A stretch of 63,613 bases of DNA from Candidatus Thermofontivivens primus (GTDB lineage: Bacteria; Sysuimicrobiota; Sysuimicrobiia; Sysuimicrobiales; Thermofontiviventaceae), in NCBI GenBank assembly GCA_031458695.1, contig JAVKJW010000013.1:1-63613 (forward strand). Direction: 5' to 3'. The translations under genes were made by a program, and so were the position numbers. Within the stretch, counting starts at the first letter, position 1, and each line of letters starts with the position of its first letter. Positions 9,833-21,632 of the stretch are shown piece by piece. The notes beneath the pieces are model-generated. The model ran no database searches and had not been told where the DNA came from. It saw only the letters and a list, made by a program, of their open reading frames with translations.

Positions 9833-10516
9833 TCAATCGCTCTGCCTGCGGATGAGGATCAGGCGGAGGAGTTCGAAGATGGCCATAGTGGCAGCAGCCA
9901 CATAGGTGAGGGCAGCGGCATCCAGGACCTCCTTCACCGCCCGTGCCTCCTGGGGCGCGACGAACCCTTGTCCCTGGAGAACCTGCAACGCCCGCGCGCT
10001 TGCATTAAACTCCACAGGAAGGGTAACCAGGGTGAAGGCGACAGCCCCGGTGAAGAGGAGGATTCCCAGGTCCATGAGGAAGGTGCTCCCGCCGAAGATG
10101 AGCCCCAGGATGAACAACCAGAGCCCGGCCTGGGAGCCAAAGGTTGCCACAGGGACCATCGCCGATCGGACACCCAGCCACAGGTACCCCTCAGCATGCT
10201 GCAAGGCGTGACCGGTCTCGTGGGCAGCTACACCCAGGGCAGACAGGGAGTCACTCGCGTAGACCTGGGGAGAAAGGCGAAGGACCTTTGTACGGGGATC
10301 GTAATGGTCGCTGAGGATCCCTTGAACAGGCTCTATTCGGACATCGTGCAGTCCAAAGCGGCGCAGGATCTCCTGGGCCACCCGGGCCCCGGTATACCCT
10401 GAGGCTGCACGGACCCGGGCATATTTATTGAATGCAGACTGCACTCTGAACTGGGCGTACAGGGCAAGGATCAACGCAGGGATCACCAGCCACCCGTAAG
10501 GACCCCAAAAGAACAT
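9833..10516 (-). CDS. Membrane Zn metallopeptidase (YugP-like)
   Basis: LSDHYDP, AAHETGHALQH, TLPVEFNAS, AALTYVAA; SD AAGGAGG. Confidence 0.88.
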   Translation of the reverse strand: MFFWGPYGWLVIPALILALYAQFRVQSAFNKYARVRAASGYTGARVAQEILRRFGLHDVRIEPVQGILSDHYDPRTKVLRLSPQVYASDSLSALGVAAHETGHALQHAEGYLWLGVRSAMVPVATFGSQAGLWLFILGLIFGGSTFLMDLGILLFTGAVAFTLVTLPVEFNASARALQVLQGQGFVAPQEARAVKEVLDAAALTYVAAATMAIFELLRLILIRRQSD

Positions 10517-10570
10517 CAACGAACACCTCCTTCCCAATTTTAGCGGGAAGGTCACCTGATGACAACACAA

Positions 10571-11491
10571 TCATGTCCATACCTCTCCCACCTGGACCCG
10601 ATACCCGCGAAGGTACTCCTCCACCTTCATCCGCCGCCTCCCGGCTGGTTGCACCTCGAGGACACGTACCCCACCCTCACCCGCCGCGATGAGGATGCTC
10701 TCCTGGTCTACTGCCACGACCTCCCCTGGTCGCCCCACAATCCCCGGCTCCGGGGAAGCTCGCCAGATCTTCAGGAGCGTTCCACCCCGGAAGGTGTAGG
10801 CAGTGGGCCACGGGTCCATAGCACGCACGAGGCGGCAGATCCACTCACTAGGGCGAGTCCAGTCGACCTTCCCATCCTCCTTCATGAGCTTGCGGGTCAC
10901 GGTGGCCATGGCTGGGTCCTGGGGGATGCGGGGAGCCCTACCCTCTCGGAGCAGTTCAATCGCCTCTAGGAGCGCGCGAGCGCCCAGCTGGGCGAGCTTT
11001 CCCTCCAGGGTTCGCGCTGTCTCCTCAGGATCAATAGGGACCCGCTTCTGCAGGAGGATATCCCCCGCATCCATCTCCTCGGAGAGGTAGATGACCGTGA
11101 CCCCCGTCTCGGTGTCCCCGGAAAGAATGGCAAAGGGAATGGGAGAAGGGCCCCGGTGTCTTGGCAAGAGCGAGGGATGCACGTTGATGCTCTCAAGGGG
11201 AGGAAGCCGGAAGATCTCAGGAGGGATGATCCGGCCATAGGCCACGACAACAATGAGCTCAGGCTTCCGGTCCCGGATCCAGGCAAGCACGGCAGGGTCC
11301 TTCAACCGCTCGGGCTGGAGGCAGGGAATCCCCAGCTTCCGCGCCGCCTGGACCACAGGGGGCGGGCTGAGCCGCTGCCCTCGTCCCCTCGGGCGGTCTG
11401 GTTGGGAGATGACCCCTACGACCTCCTCTCTGCTCAGAGCTTCCAAGGAAGGCAGAGCGAACTCAGGAGTGCCCATGAAGAGGATGCGCAT
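10571..11491 (-). CDS. fmt: Methionyl-tRNA formyltransferase
   Basis: FMGTPEFA, QPDRPRGRG, NVHPSLLP. Confidence 0.96.
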   Translation of the reverse strand: MRILFMGTPEFALPSLEALSREEVVGVISQPDRPRGRGQRLSPPPVVQAARKLGIPCLQPERLKDPAVLAWIRDRKPELIVVVAYGRIIPPEIFRLPPLESINVHPSLLPRHRGPSPIPFAILSGDTETGVTVIYLSEEMDAGDILLQKRVPIDPEETARTLEGKLAQLGARALLEAIELLREGRAPRIPQDPAMATVTRKLMKEDGKVDWTRPSEWICRLVRAMDPWPTAYTFRGGTLLKIWRASPEPGIVGRPGEVVAVDQESILIAAGEGGVRVLEVQPAGRRRMKVEEYLRGYRVQVGEVWT

Positions 11492-11511
11492 AGAGAAATC
11501 CGCCGCTTCGC

Positions 11512-12006
11512 TCAGGATAGCGCCTGTACCGGCTCTGCAATGACCCGGATCTTAGAGGGGTCCTCAACGCGGTCTGTGATGAGGATCCCGTCCAGGTGAT
11601 CGATCTCGTGCTGCAGGACCCTGGCCAACAGCCCCACGGCATCTACTGTCACGCGCTTCCCTCGCCGATTGAGAGCCCGCACCCGTACTTTTGTGGCTCT
11701 TTTGACCTCCGCCACGATCCCGGGGATCGAGAGGCAACCTTCCTCCCCCACCTCCTCCCCCTCTGCCGCCACGATCTCTGGATCGACGAGGGCAAGGAGA
11801 CGGTCCCCCACCTCAACCACGATCACCCGGACGCCCTCCCCGACTTGAGGAGCGGCGAGCCCCAGGCCATGGTACGCACGCATCGTCTCCACCATTGCGT
11901 CGATCAATTGCTGGATTCTCGGCGAGATCGTCCGTACTGCCTTGGCTCGTCTCCGCAGGATCGCAGCTTTCGGGCTATCGATCGTGATAATCTCCAGGAT
12001 CCGCAT
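11512..12006 (-). CDS. def: Peptide deformylase
   Basis: GLGLAAPQ, EGCLS, QHEIDHLDG. Confidence 0.96.
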   Translation of the reverse strand: MRILEIITIDSPKAAILRRRAKAVRTISPRIQQLIDAMVETMRAYHGLGLAAPQVGEGVRVIVVEVGDRLLALVDPEIVAAEGEEVGEEGCLSIPGIVAEVKRATKVRVRALNRRGKRVTVDAVGLLARVLQHEIDHLDGILITDRVEDPSKIRVIAEPVQALS

Positions 12007-12066
12007 ATGAACCTCTTTCTACCTTACCATGGGAGGTTCCTTGTGCAAATCCCCGGGGGGCGAGGG

Positions 12067-14622
12067 CTACAACATCTCCAGCGGATCCACGTCCACGGAG
12101 ATCCGCGTCCCCGCTGGCCACCTCTCCCTCTCCAATGCCGCTTCCACAGGTGCCCGTACATCCCTTGGCTCAGCAGTCTTGCAGACGATCTGCCAGCGGG
12201 ATAAGCCCCGGATCCTGGCAATGGGTGCAGGGGCTGGACCGAGTACTTCCACACCATTCCCCCGGAGGCGCACAGCCACCCGTGCTGCCACCTGCTCCGC
12301 CACCTCCGCAGAAGGGTGGGTGACGAGGAGACTGATCAGGCGGACGAAGGGCGGGTAGCGCAAGCTCTGGCGCAGCTGGATCTCCTCTTGGTAGAACCTT
12401 TCGTAATCTAGCGAGCGCGCTGCATCCACGATGAAGTGTTGGGGGTTATAGGTCTGGATCACGATCCTGCCAGGGGTGGCTCCTCCTGTCTTTCCCGCGA
12501 GTTGCATCAGGTGCTGAAAGGCGCGTTCCGCTGCCCGGAAGTCCGGGAGGCTGAGGTCTTGATCGAGGGAGATCACCCCGACAAGCCCGACCCCTGTGAG
12601 CCCGGGGATCCCCAGAATCATTTGCGTCCCCACGAGGATCTGGAACTCCCCCCTCTGGTAGGCCTCGCCGATGGCTTGCAGCGCGTGGGCACTGGAGACT
12701 GTATCGCGATCCACCCTGGCAACCTGTGCGGAGGGAAATCGGCTTCGGACTTCCCTCTCCACGCGTTGTGTCCCCACCCCAAGAAGGTGGATGTGAAAAC
12801 CACCGCACCTGGGGCAGGTCTCGGGCGCTGGGAGGGAGAGGTTGCAGTAGTGGCATCTGACCACCCTTCGTGGAACGGCGTCCTTCCCCCCTCGCGAGGG
12901 TTTCCCCGTGTGGTAGGCCACGGCGACCCCACACCGTGGACATCGAAGGACGTGACCGCACTCCCGGCAGAGGAGGGAGGTGGCGTACCCGCGGCGATTC
13001 ACGTACAGGACTACCGGCTCCCCCCTTCGTAAGCTCTCTCCAATGGCATCCTGAAGGGGAGCAGAGAGAATCCAGTCCCGGCGGCCTACCCCGCCTCCTC
13101 TGAGATCCACCACGGAGACTTGAGGAAGCGCCTTTCCCTGAACTCTCGCAGGGAAGGGAAAGAGGCGCAGCTCTCCCTGCTGGGCCCGATAGAAGCTCTC
13201 CACGGAAGGCGTGGCGCTTGCCAGGACCACCGTAGCCCCTGCGATGCGGCCCCGCGCCATTGCCACATCACGGGTGTTGTACCGAGGGCTCTTCTCCTGC
13301 TTGTACGATGGGTCATGCTCCTCATCCACGATGAGTAGCCCGAGGTTTGGGACCGCCGCAAACACCGCAGACCTGGCACCAATCACAACATCGACTTCCC
13401 CTGCGCGGATGCGCCTCCATTCAGCGTAATGCTCCCAGGGGTTGAGGCCGCTGTGGAAAACCGCTACCCTTCCCCCCAGGCGCATCCGGAATCGCTCGGC
13501 CAGTTGTGGCGTGAGGGAGATCTCCGGGACGAGGACAATGGACCGGCGTCCACATTGCCTTGCCAGATGAATGGCCTGGAGGTACATCTCTGTCTTCTCG
13601 CCCTCCAGGAGCCCACATAGGAGGAAACGTTCCCCCTTCCCTCCGTGGATGCTCTCCCCGATGGCTTGGAGGGCGCGCTGGTGGTCTCGACTCAGGACGA
13701 AGGGGGATTCCACGAGAGGGGTCGGCGGGGATGGTGTCGCGGGCTTCACGGGCTTGCGCAGGGATGGCCGTGGGACGAACTCCCGTTCCTCCACCTCCAC
13801 AAAGCCTCTCTGGAGGAGCCTCTCTATTGTCTTGCTGTCAGCTCCTGTGATGCGTGCAAGCTCGGACTTAGGCAGAGAGATCTTCGCCGCGAGTTCTTGG
13901 AGAACCCTTGCCTGGCGCGGGGCGGTTCCCTGGAGCTTCTCAGCGATCTCCCTTGCAGCAGGGCCTGGGATGGAGAGGCGGACCCAAGGCACCTTGCGGG
14001 GATGGGCCTTGGGAGGAACCACGGCAGGAAGCACCTGGAGAGCTCTCCGCCGTTCCAGCGCCCTCAGGATCCCCCGGAGATCCTCGAACCCAGTGGCCCG
14101 CCGTAGGGCCTCAACCTCCATCTCCCGTGCACGGGCCACGAGATCCAGGACACGGAGCTGGCGGCTGGCCCTCAACCTCAAGAGCTCTTCCCTGATCTCC
14201 TCCAGCGCTTGTCCCAAGACAGCGATCCGAACGCGCTCAGAGTAGCGAACTTCTAGTTCAGGAGGAACCAGGGCGTCCAAGGCATCCCGCAACGAGGCGA
14301 AGTAGGTCTCCGCAACCCATCTCGCGAGCTCCAGGAGGTCCCGGTCAAATGCTGGTTCCTTTTCTACCACTGCGAGGATCGCCCGGACACCGGGTCTCTC
14401 TGCTTGCTCTTTGAGCCCTACGACGAACCCTGTGACCTTCCTCGCTCGGAGGGGGACAAGAACGCGAGTGCCCAGTTGAACCTCCCTGGCGAGATTTTCG
14501 GGGACGGCGTATGTGAGCGCCGCACGGAGCCTCGGCGTAGCGACCTCTGGGACAACCTCGACATAGCGTGCAGGCGTGTGCGCGGCCATTGTGACCATCC
14601 GCACAATGGGAGAGAAGCTCAC
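12067..14622 (-). CDS. priA: Primosomal protein N' (PriA) with degenerate helicase motifs I, V and VI
   Basis: LVPEISLTPQ, DEEHD, SATPS, NRRGY, two Cys-rich Zn knuckles, YPPF, VDVDP; Walker A reads GLLEGEKT. Confidence 0.93.
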   Translation of the reverse strand: MSFSPIVRMVTMAAHTPARYVEVVPEVATPRLRAALTYAVPENLAREVQLGTRVLVPLRARKVTGFVVGLKEQAERPGVRAILAVVEKEPAFDRDLLELARWVAETYFASLRDALDALVPPELEVRYSERVRIAVLGQALEEIREELLRLRASRQLRVLDLVARAREMEVEALRRATGFEDLRGILRALERRRALQVLPAVVPPKAHPRKVPWVRLSIPGPAAREIAEKLQGTAPRQARVLQELAAKISLPKSELARITGADSKTIERLLQRGFVEVEEREFVPRPSLRKPVKPATPSPPTPLVESPFVLSRDHQRALQAIGESIHGGKGERFLLCGLLEGEKTEMYLQAIHLARQCGRRSIVLVPEISLTPQLAERFRMRLGGRVAVFHSGLNPWEHYAEWRRIRAGEVDVVIGARSAVFAAVPNLGLLIVDEEHDPSYKQEKSPRYNTRDVAMARGRIAGATVVLASATPSVESFYRAQQGELRLFPFPARVQGKALPQVSVVDLRGGGVGRRDWILSAPLQDAIGESLRRGEPVVLYVNRRGYATSLLCRECGHVLRCPRCGVAVAYHTGKPSRGGKDAVPRRVVRCHYCNLSLPAPETCPRCGGFHIHLLGVGTQRVEREVRSRFPSAQVARVDRDTVSSAHALQAIGEAYQRGEFQILVGTQMILGIPGLTGVGLVGVISLDQDLSLPDFRAAERAFQHLMQLAGKTGGATPGRIVIQTYNPQHFIVDAARSLDYERFYQEEIQLRQSLRYPPFVRLISLLVTHPSAEVAEQVAARVAVRLRGNGVEVLGPAPAPIARIRGLSRWQIVCKTAEPRDVRAPVEAALERERWPAGTRISVDVDPLEML

Positions 14623-15209
14623 CGCTTCGCAGGATCAGGAGAGGGCGAACCCTCTGCAAGGATCTTTCGGATGGCTTCCACGATCACCTCAGGTTCAGAC
14701 AGGCGACCGATCCCTTCCTTTCCAGACGCGAGACGGCCGTACTCCGGTCCTACGAAACGATATCCCCTTGCTTTCAGCCGGGCAATGTTCTCTTGGACGG
14801 CCGGGGAGGTGTACATGAGGTCGCTCATTGAAGGGGCGATGAGCACGGGAGCCCGTGTGGCCAGGGCGGTGGCGGTCACCACATCGTCGGCAAGCCCGCT
14901 GGCGAGCCTCCCAATGACGTGTGCCGTTGCAGGAGCGATGAGGAAGAGGTCCGCCTGTTCTCCCAAGATGACGTGAGGCTCATCCCAAGGGTTTTCCAGC
15001 GCCCACATGTCTGTGATCACAGGGTTCTGGGAGAGTACCTGGAAGGTGAGGGGCCCGACGAACCGCGTGGCCGCTTGGGTCATGAGCACGTGGACCTCCG
15101 CTCCCATGCGGCGGAGAGAGCTCACCACTTCGGCAACCTTGTACGCTGCAATCCCCCCGCACACGCCAACGAGGATGCGTTTCCCCTCAAGCTCGCTCTC
15201 CATTTCCAT
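14619..15209 (-). CDS. coaC: Stand-alone HFCD flavoprotein (CoaC/PPC decarboxylase domain only, no CoaB)
   Basis: GGIAAYK, APATAH; ends at the CoaC/CoaB boundary; occupies the coaBC position before priA. Confidence 0.8.
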   Translation of the reverse strand: MEMESELEGKRILVGVCGGIAAYKVAEVVSSLRRMGAEVHVLMTQAATRFVGPLTFQVLSQNPVITDMWALENPWDEPHVILGEQADLFLIAPATAHVIGRLASGLADDVVTATALATRAPVLIAPSMSDLMYTSPAVQENIARLKARGYRFVGPEYGRLASGKEGIGRLSEPEVIVEAIRKILAEGSPSPDPAKR

Positions 15210-15735
15210 CCTCCTTACGCCGCAGCGTCTTCGCTAAGTGGATGAGTGCTTCGGCGATTGCCTCAGGGGGCCAGCGGCTGGAGTCCAGGATGAGGTCGTA
15301 AGGCGAAAGGTCATCCAGGTCGATTCCATAGATCTCCCGGTAGCGCTTCCGCTCGCTTGCCTCCCTTGCCAGCATCTCCTGGAGAGCATCCTCCCGGGTC
15401 TTCCCTTCTCTGCGCGCCACCCGTGCAGCCCTTACCAGCAGGGGCGCGCGCAACCAGACCTTCAGGTCCGCATCCACCATCCATCCACAGAGGCGGCTCT
15501 CTACCACGGCATCCCCCGCCTTCGCCATCTCGGACTGGAGGTGATCGATCTCCCGGTCGATGGAGTGATCTTCCTCTGCAAGGCGGGAGATCTCCAGAAG
15601 GCTCACGCCCTTCCTGCGCGCCATCTCCCGTAGGACCTCCCCGGCGGAGATGTGACGCAGTCCCAACCGTTCGGCCAGGATGGAGGCCACTGTGGACTTC
15701 CCCGTCGCGATCAGCCCACCGATGGCGATGATCAT
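15187..15735 (-). CDS. cmk: Archaeal-type cytidylate kinase (NMP kinase)
   Basis: IAIGGLIATGKST, ISAGEVLREMA, IDREID, VVESRL, RYREIYGIDLDD. Confidence 0.8.
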   Translation of the reverse strand: MIIAIGGLIATGKSTVASILAERLGLRHISAGEVLREMARRKGVSLLEISRLAEEDHSIDREIDHLQSEMAKAGDAVVESRLCGWMVDADLKVWLRAPLLVRAARVARREGKTREDALQEMLAREASERKRYREIYGIDLDDLSPYDLILDSSRWPPEAIAEALIHLAKTLRRKEDGNGERA

Positions 15736-15741
15736 GGAGGG

Positions 15742-16008
15742 TTATTCCTCCGGCTCTTCCACAGGCTCCTTCGCCGCGAATCGGTGGGCGACCGTCTCAG
15801 GTTGGACTGCGGAGAGGATCACGTGCCCGCTGTCCGTAATCACCACTGCCCGCGTCCGACGGCCGTAGGTAGCATCGATGAGGGTCCCCCGCTCACGTGC
15901 TTCCTGGATGATCCGCCTGATGGGGGCGGAGTCGGGGCTCACGATGGCAATGATCCTGTTGGCGGCAACGATATTGCCGAACCCGATGTTGATCAGCCTG
16001 GTTTCCAT
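15742..16008 (-). CDS. remA: RemA/YlzA (DUF370) family protein
   Basis: [37 protein letters not shown]. Confidence 0.93.
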   Translation of the reverse strand: METRLINIGFGNIVAANRIIAIVSPDSAPIRRIIQEARERGTLIDATYGRRTRAVVITDSGHVILSAVQPETVAHRFAAKEPVEEPEE

Positions 16009-16066
16009 CTCGACTCCTCCACTGCCAGGCCTGAGCTTCCGCCGCTTCCCCATATTCCTTGAGCGC

Positions 16067-16951
16067 TCACTCGATATTCTGCACCTGCTCGCGAAGGCTC
16101 TCCAGCTCGCTCTTCATCGAGATGACCCTGTGGGAGATCTCGAGGTCGTTGGCCTTTGCCCCAATGGTGTTGACCTCCCGGAAGAGCTCCTGGAGGATGA
16201 AGTCCAGCTTCCTTCCCACCGCCCCTGTGGCCGTCTCGATGGTTTGCCGGAACTGGGCGAGGTGGCTGCGAATGCGAACGAGTTCTTCGGAGATGTCGCT
16301 CCGCTCTGCGAACAGCATCGCCTCCATGGCCAGCCTTCCCTCATCCAAGGGCACATCTCCGAGGAGCTCGGAAACACGGCGTCGAAGACGGTTCGCGTAC
16401 TCCTCCACCACCGCGGGAGCACGCCGAGCGATCGCCTCCGCCTCCTCCTCAAGAACCCAGATCCTCTCCAGGAGGTCCCGCATAAGCCGTGCGCCCTCTT
16501 CTTCCCGCATCTGAACAAAAACACCGAGCGCCTTCTCCAGCGCCGTTGAGATGGCTGGCCAGAGGGCCTCGGCATCCTGACGGTCTTCCTCGAGTCGGAT
16601 CACCCCGGGAAGGGACGCCACCATGGCGAGGTTGATCGTCCCTTCCAAACCCAGCGTCCTCGCCAGCTCCCCGAGTGCCCGTACATAGCTCCGAGCGAGA
16701 TCGACATCCGCCCGGAACGCCTCGGGGCGCCTGGAGGCTTCGTCCTTCATTATAACGACCTCCACCCTCCCCCGCAACACCTTCGCCAGGACAGCCGCGC
16801 GCACCCGCTCCTCTAACGAGGCGAGATCCTTGGGGAGCCGGACGGTGAGATCGGTATAGCGGTGGTTCACCCCACGGATCTCTACCACGACCCTCCCCTC
16901 TGGAATCGGGGCCTCCCCTATTCCATAGCCAGTCATGCTCCGAAGTGGCAC
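16067..16951 (-). CDS. yicC: YicC/YloC family endoribonuclease
   Basis: [42 protein letters not shown]. Confidence 0.93.
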   Translation of the reverse strand: MPLRSMTGYGIGEAPIPEGRVVVEIRGVNHRYTDLTVRLPKDLASLEERVRAAVLAKVLRGRVEVVIMKDEASRRPEAFRADVDLARSYVRALGELARTLGLEGTINLAMVASLPGVIRLEEDRQDAEALWPAISTALEKALGVFVQMREEEGARLMRDLLERIWVLEEEAEAIARRAPAVVEEYANRLRRRVSELLGDVPLDEGRLAMEAMLFAERSDISEELVRIRSHLAQFRQTIETATGAVGRKLDFILQELFREVNTIGAKANDLEISHRVISMKSELESLREQVQNIE

Positions 16952-17118
16952 CACACCGCCTCCCCGCTCATTTGAACATTCGCGTAGCGAATGTACGGGA
17001 CCCCTGGAAGACCACGGGATCACTTCCTAAGTTCGCTCTCCTCGTCCAGCCACCCTCTTCACGCCTGTATGCAGTTACTCAACATGCTCAAGATGATCCT
17101 TTGTGCAGCCGATCTCTT

Positions 17119-18315
17119 ATGAAGGTCATGCGCAGAATACCCGTTACGGCGCTAGAGCCAGGCCTGGTCCTCGCGAAGACAATTTTTGGGGACCGTGGTG
17201 AGGTGCTCCTGGCGAAAGGTGCGACCCTTACCCAGGGCTCGATCCGGGCGTTGCGCCGCCGCGGGTTCCGAGCGGTGTACGTGCGGGATGGGCTTGCAGA
17301 CGATATCGAGCCCATAGACGTCGTCTCTGAACATGTCCGGGCGATCGCGGTAAAGCGCATGCACGATCTGTTCGCGATGGTCCAGCACGCCGCCCGGACC
17401 TCCGCAGAGAAGGGGAAACAAGACCTTCTGCTCCCTGCGAAGTGGGAGAAACTTTGGGAGCGCCTGTACAGGGACATCGAGAACATCATCGATGACGTCA
17501 TGGAGGCGGAGACTCTGGATGGGCTCGTCACGCTGAAGAGCCATGACAACTATACCTTTACGCACTCTATCGATGTGGCCATCGGCGCCATCGGGTTGGG
17601 GAAGGTCATCGGCTTGGACAGGTGGGACCTTCACCAGCTTGCCCTCTCCTCCCTCCTCCACGATATCGGGAAGATCTACGTTCAGCAGGAGATTCTCAAC
17701 AAACCCGGTCCTCTCACAGTGGACGAGTGGGAGATTATCAAGAAGCACCCCGAGTGGGGATACGAGACGATCCGGAAGATGCCCATCGAGGAGATCTTCC
17801 CGAAGCACGTCGCCCTGCAACACCATGAGCGCCAGGACGGGTCGGGGTACCCTCGCGGCCTCAAGGGATCCAACAAGATCGCCCGGAGCCTCTGGGAGCG
17901 GTTCTCCCCAGACCGAATCTTGCTGGTGACAGAGATCATACAAGTGGCCGATGTCTACTGCGCCCTCTCCTCGGACCGTCCTCACCGCCCAGCCTATCCC
18001 CCTGACCAGGCTGTGGCGCAGATGCGGGAGATGGCCGGTCCGCACCTTAACCGCGAGCTTGTCACCCTCTTCCTCCGGTTGGTCCCCACGTTCCCTGTGG
18101 GGATCACTGTCCGGGTGCGCGAGGGGAAGTGGAGGGGATATCGAGGCGTTGTGAGCAAGGTCTCCCCCCTCGCACCGGATCGACCGGTTGTGCGGATCTT
18201 GGTGGATCCTCAAGGAGAGTTCGTCTCCCCCTTTGAGATCGACCTCCAGAAGGAGAAGGAGATCCAGATCGCCTCGGTGTTTGACCTCACCACACCCCTC
18301 CCTGATGAGGAATGA
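17119..18315 (+). CDS. HD-GYP cyclic dinucleotide phosphodiesterase
   Basis: HDNYTFTHS, LLHDIGK, HHERQDGSGYP, ADVY. Confidence 0.9.
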   Translation: MKVMRRIPVTALEPGLVLAKTIFGDRGEVLLAKGATLTQGSIRALRRRGFRAVYVRDGLADDIEPIDVVSEHVRAIAVKRMHDLFAMVQHAARTSAEKGKQDLLLPAKWEKLWERLYRDIENIIDDVMEAETLDGLVTLKSHDNYTFTHSIDVAIGAIGLGKVIGLDRWDLHQLALSSLLHDIGKIYVQQEILNKPGPLTVDEWEIIKKHPEWGYETIRKMPIEEIFPKHVALQHHERQDGSGYPRGLKGSNKIARSLWERFSPDRILLVTEIIQVADVYCALSSDRPHRPAYPPDQAVAQMREMAGPHLNRELVTLFLRLVPTFPVGITVRVREGKWRGYRGVVSKVSPLAPDRPVVRILVDPQGEFVSPFEIDLQKEKEIQIASVFDLTTPLPDEE

Positions 18316-18347
18316 GATCCAAACTCCACTTTAGAGAATCCTGACGC

Positions 18348-18377
18348 TTGACACACCCTTAGCAAGAGCCGTACACT
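18348..18377 (+). promoter_or_regulatory. Sigma-70-type promoter for rqcH
   Basis: TTGACA-N18-TACACT, 18 nt upstream of ATG 18396. Confidence 0.55.
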
Positions 18378-18395
18378 GCTCCCTGGTCAGATCTC

Positions 18396-20691
<2,296 letters not shown>

Positions 20692-21612
20692 TCAAGAGAT
20701 CCCTGCATCTCTGTGCGCACGGTTGGTCGTTCGGAGTTTCTCCAGGACTTCCTCGAGATCGTCTGGCAGAGGAACTGTGAACTCCATCCGCTCCCCTGTG
20801 CGCGGGTGGTACAGGGCGAGTCGATAAGCATGAAGGGCCTGCCGTGTGAGGCCGAAAGGGTTTCGGCGCCGGGCATAGACCGGGTCCCCCACCACGGGAT
20901 GGCCGATGTGCGCGAGATGGACGCGGATCTGGTGGGTCCTCCCGGTTTCCAAGGAGACCTCCACCAGGGTAAACTCCCCGAATCGTTCTAGGACACGGTA
21001 GTGGGTGACCGCCCTTCGCCCCGTTGGGACCACAGCCATGCGCCTGCGTAGAATCGGGTGGCGTCCAATGGGCGCCTCGATGGTTCCCGCTGCCAGGGGG
21101 AGATCCCCGTGGACGAGAGCAAGATAGGTACGCGAAACCTTCCGGTCCTTGATCTGGGCCGAGAGCTTGAGATAGCTCACCTCGTTCCTGGCGACCACGA
21201 GGAGGCCCGAGGTATCCTTATCCAACCGGTGGACGATCCCCGGTCGGAGAGGGCTTCCAACCTTGGCAATCCTTGGATCGTAGGCGAGGAGGGCATTGAC
21301 CAGCGTTCCTGAGGTACGACCAGCTCCTGGGTGCACCACAAGGCCAGGGGGTTTGTTGAGGACAAGGAGATCCTCATCCTCATACACGATCCAAAGGGGA
21401 ATCTCCTCAGGTTTGAGTTCCGTCTCAGGAGAAGGGGGGATCTCTACGACGATGCGCTGCCCGGGCTGGACGCGGAAGCTAGGCTTCTGGGGACGTCCAT
21501 CCACAGTGACCAAGCCGGCCTTGATGAGCTCCTGGATCCGCATCCGGGAGAGGCTCAGGAGTTGGGAAGCGAGGAAGGAATCGAGACGGGATTTCCTGTG
21601 CTCTTCACCCAC
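20692..21612 (-). CDS. rluD: RluA/RluD family pseudouridine synthase with S4 domain
   Basis: NKPPGLVVHP, HRLDKDTSG, GRTHQIRVH. Confidence 0.92.
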   Translation of the reverse strand: MGEEHRKSRLDSFLASQLLSLSRMRIQELIKAGLVTVDGRPQKPSFRVQPGQRIVVEIPPSPETELKPEEIPLWIVYEDEDLLVLNKPPGLVVHPGAGRTSGTLVNALLAYDPRIAKVGSPLRPGIVHRLDKDTSGLLVVARNEVSYLKLSAQIKDRKVSRTYLALVHGDLPLAAGTIEAPIGRHPILRRRMAVVPTGRRAVTHYRVLERFGEFTLVEVSLETGRTHQIRVHLAHIGHPVVGDPVYARRRNPFGLTRQALHAYRLALYHPRTGERMEFTVPLPDDLEEVLEKLRTTNRAHRDAGIS

Positions 21613-21632
21613 ACGGAGGAAAACAACCTTCT

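Noticed and set aside
11495..11520. CTTCGCTCAGGAT resembling another REP or micro-element
   Set aside because: No matching CGAAG end or duplication; overlaps the def stop
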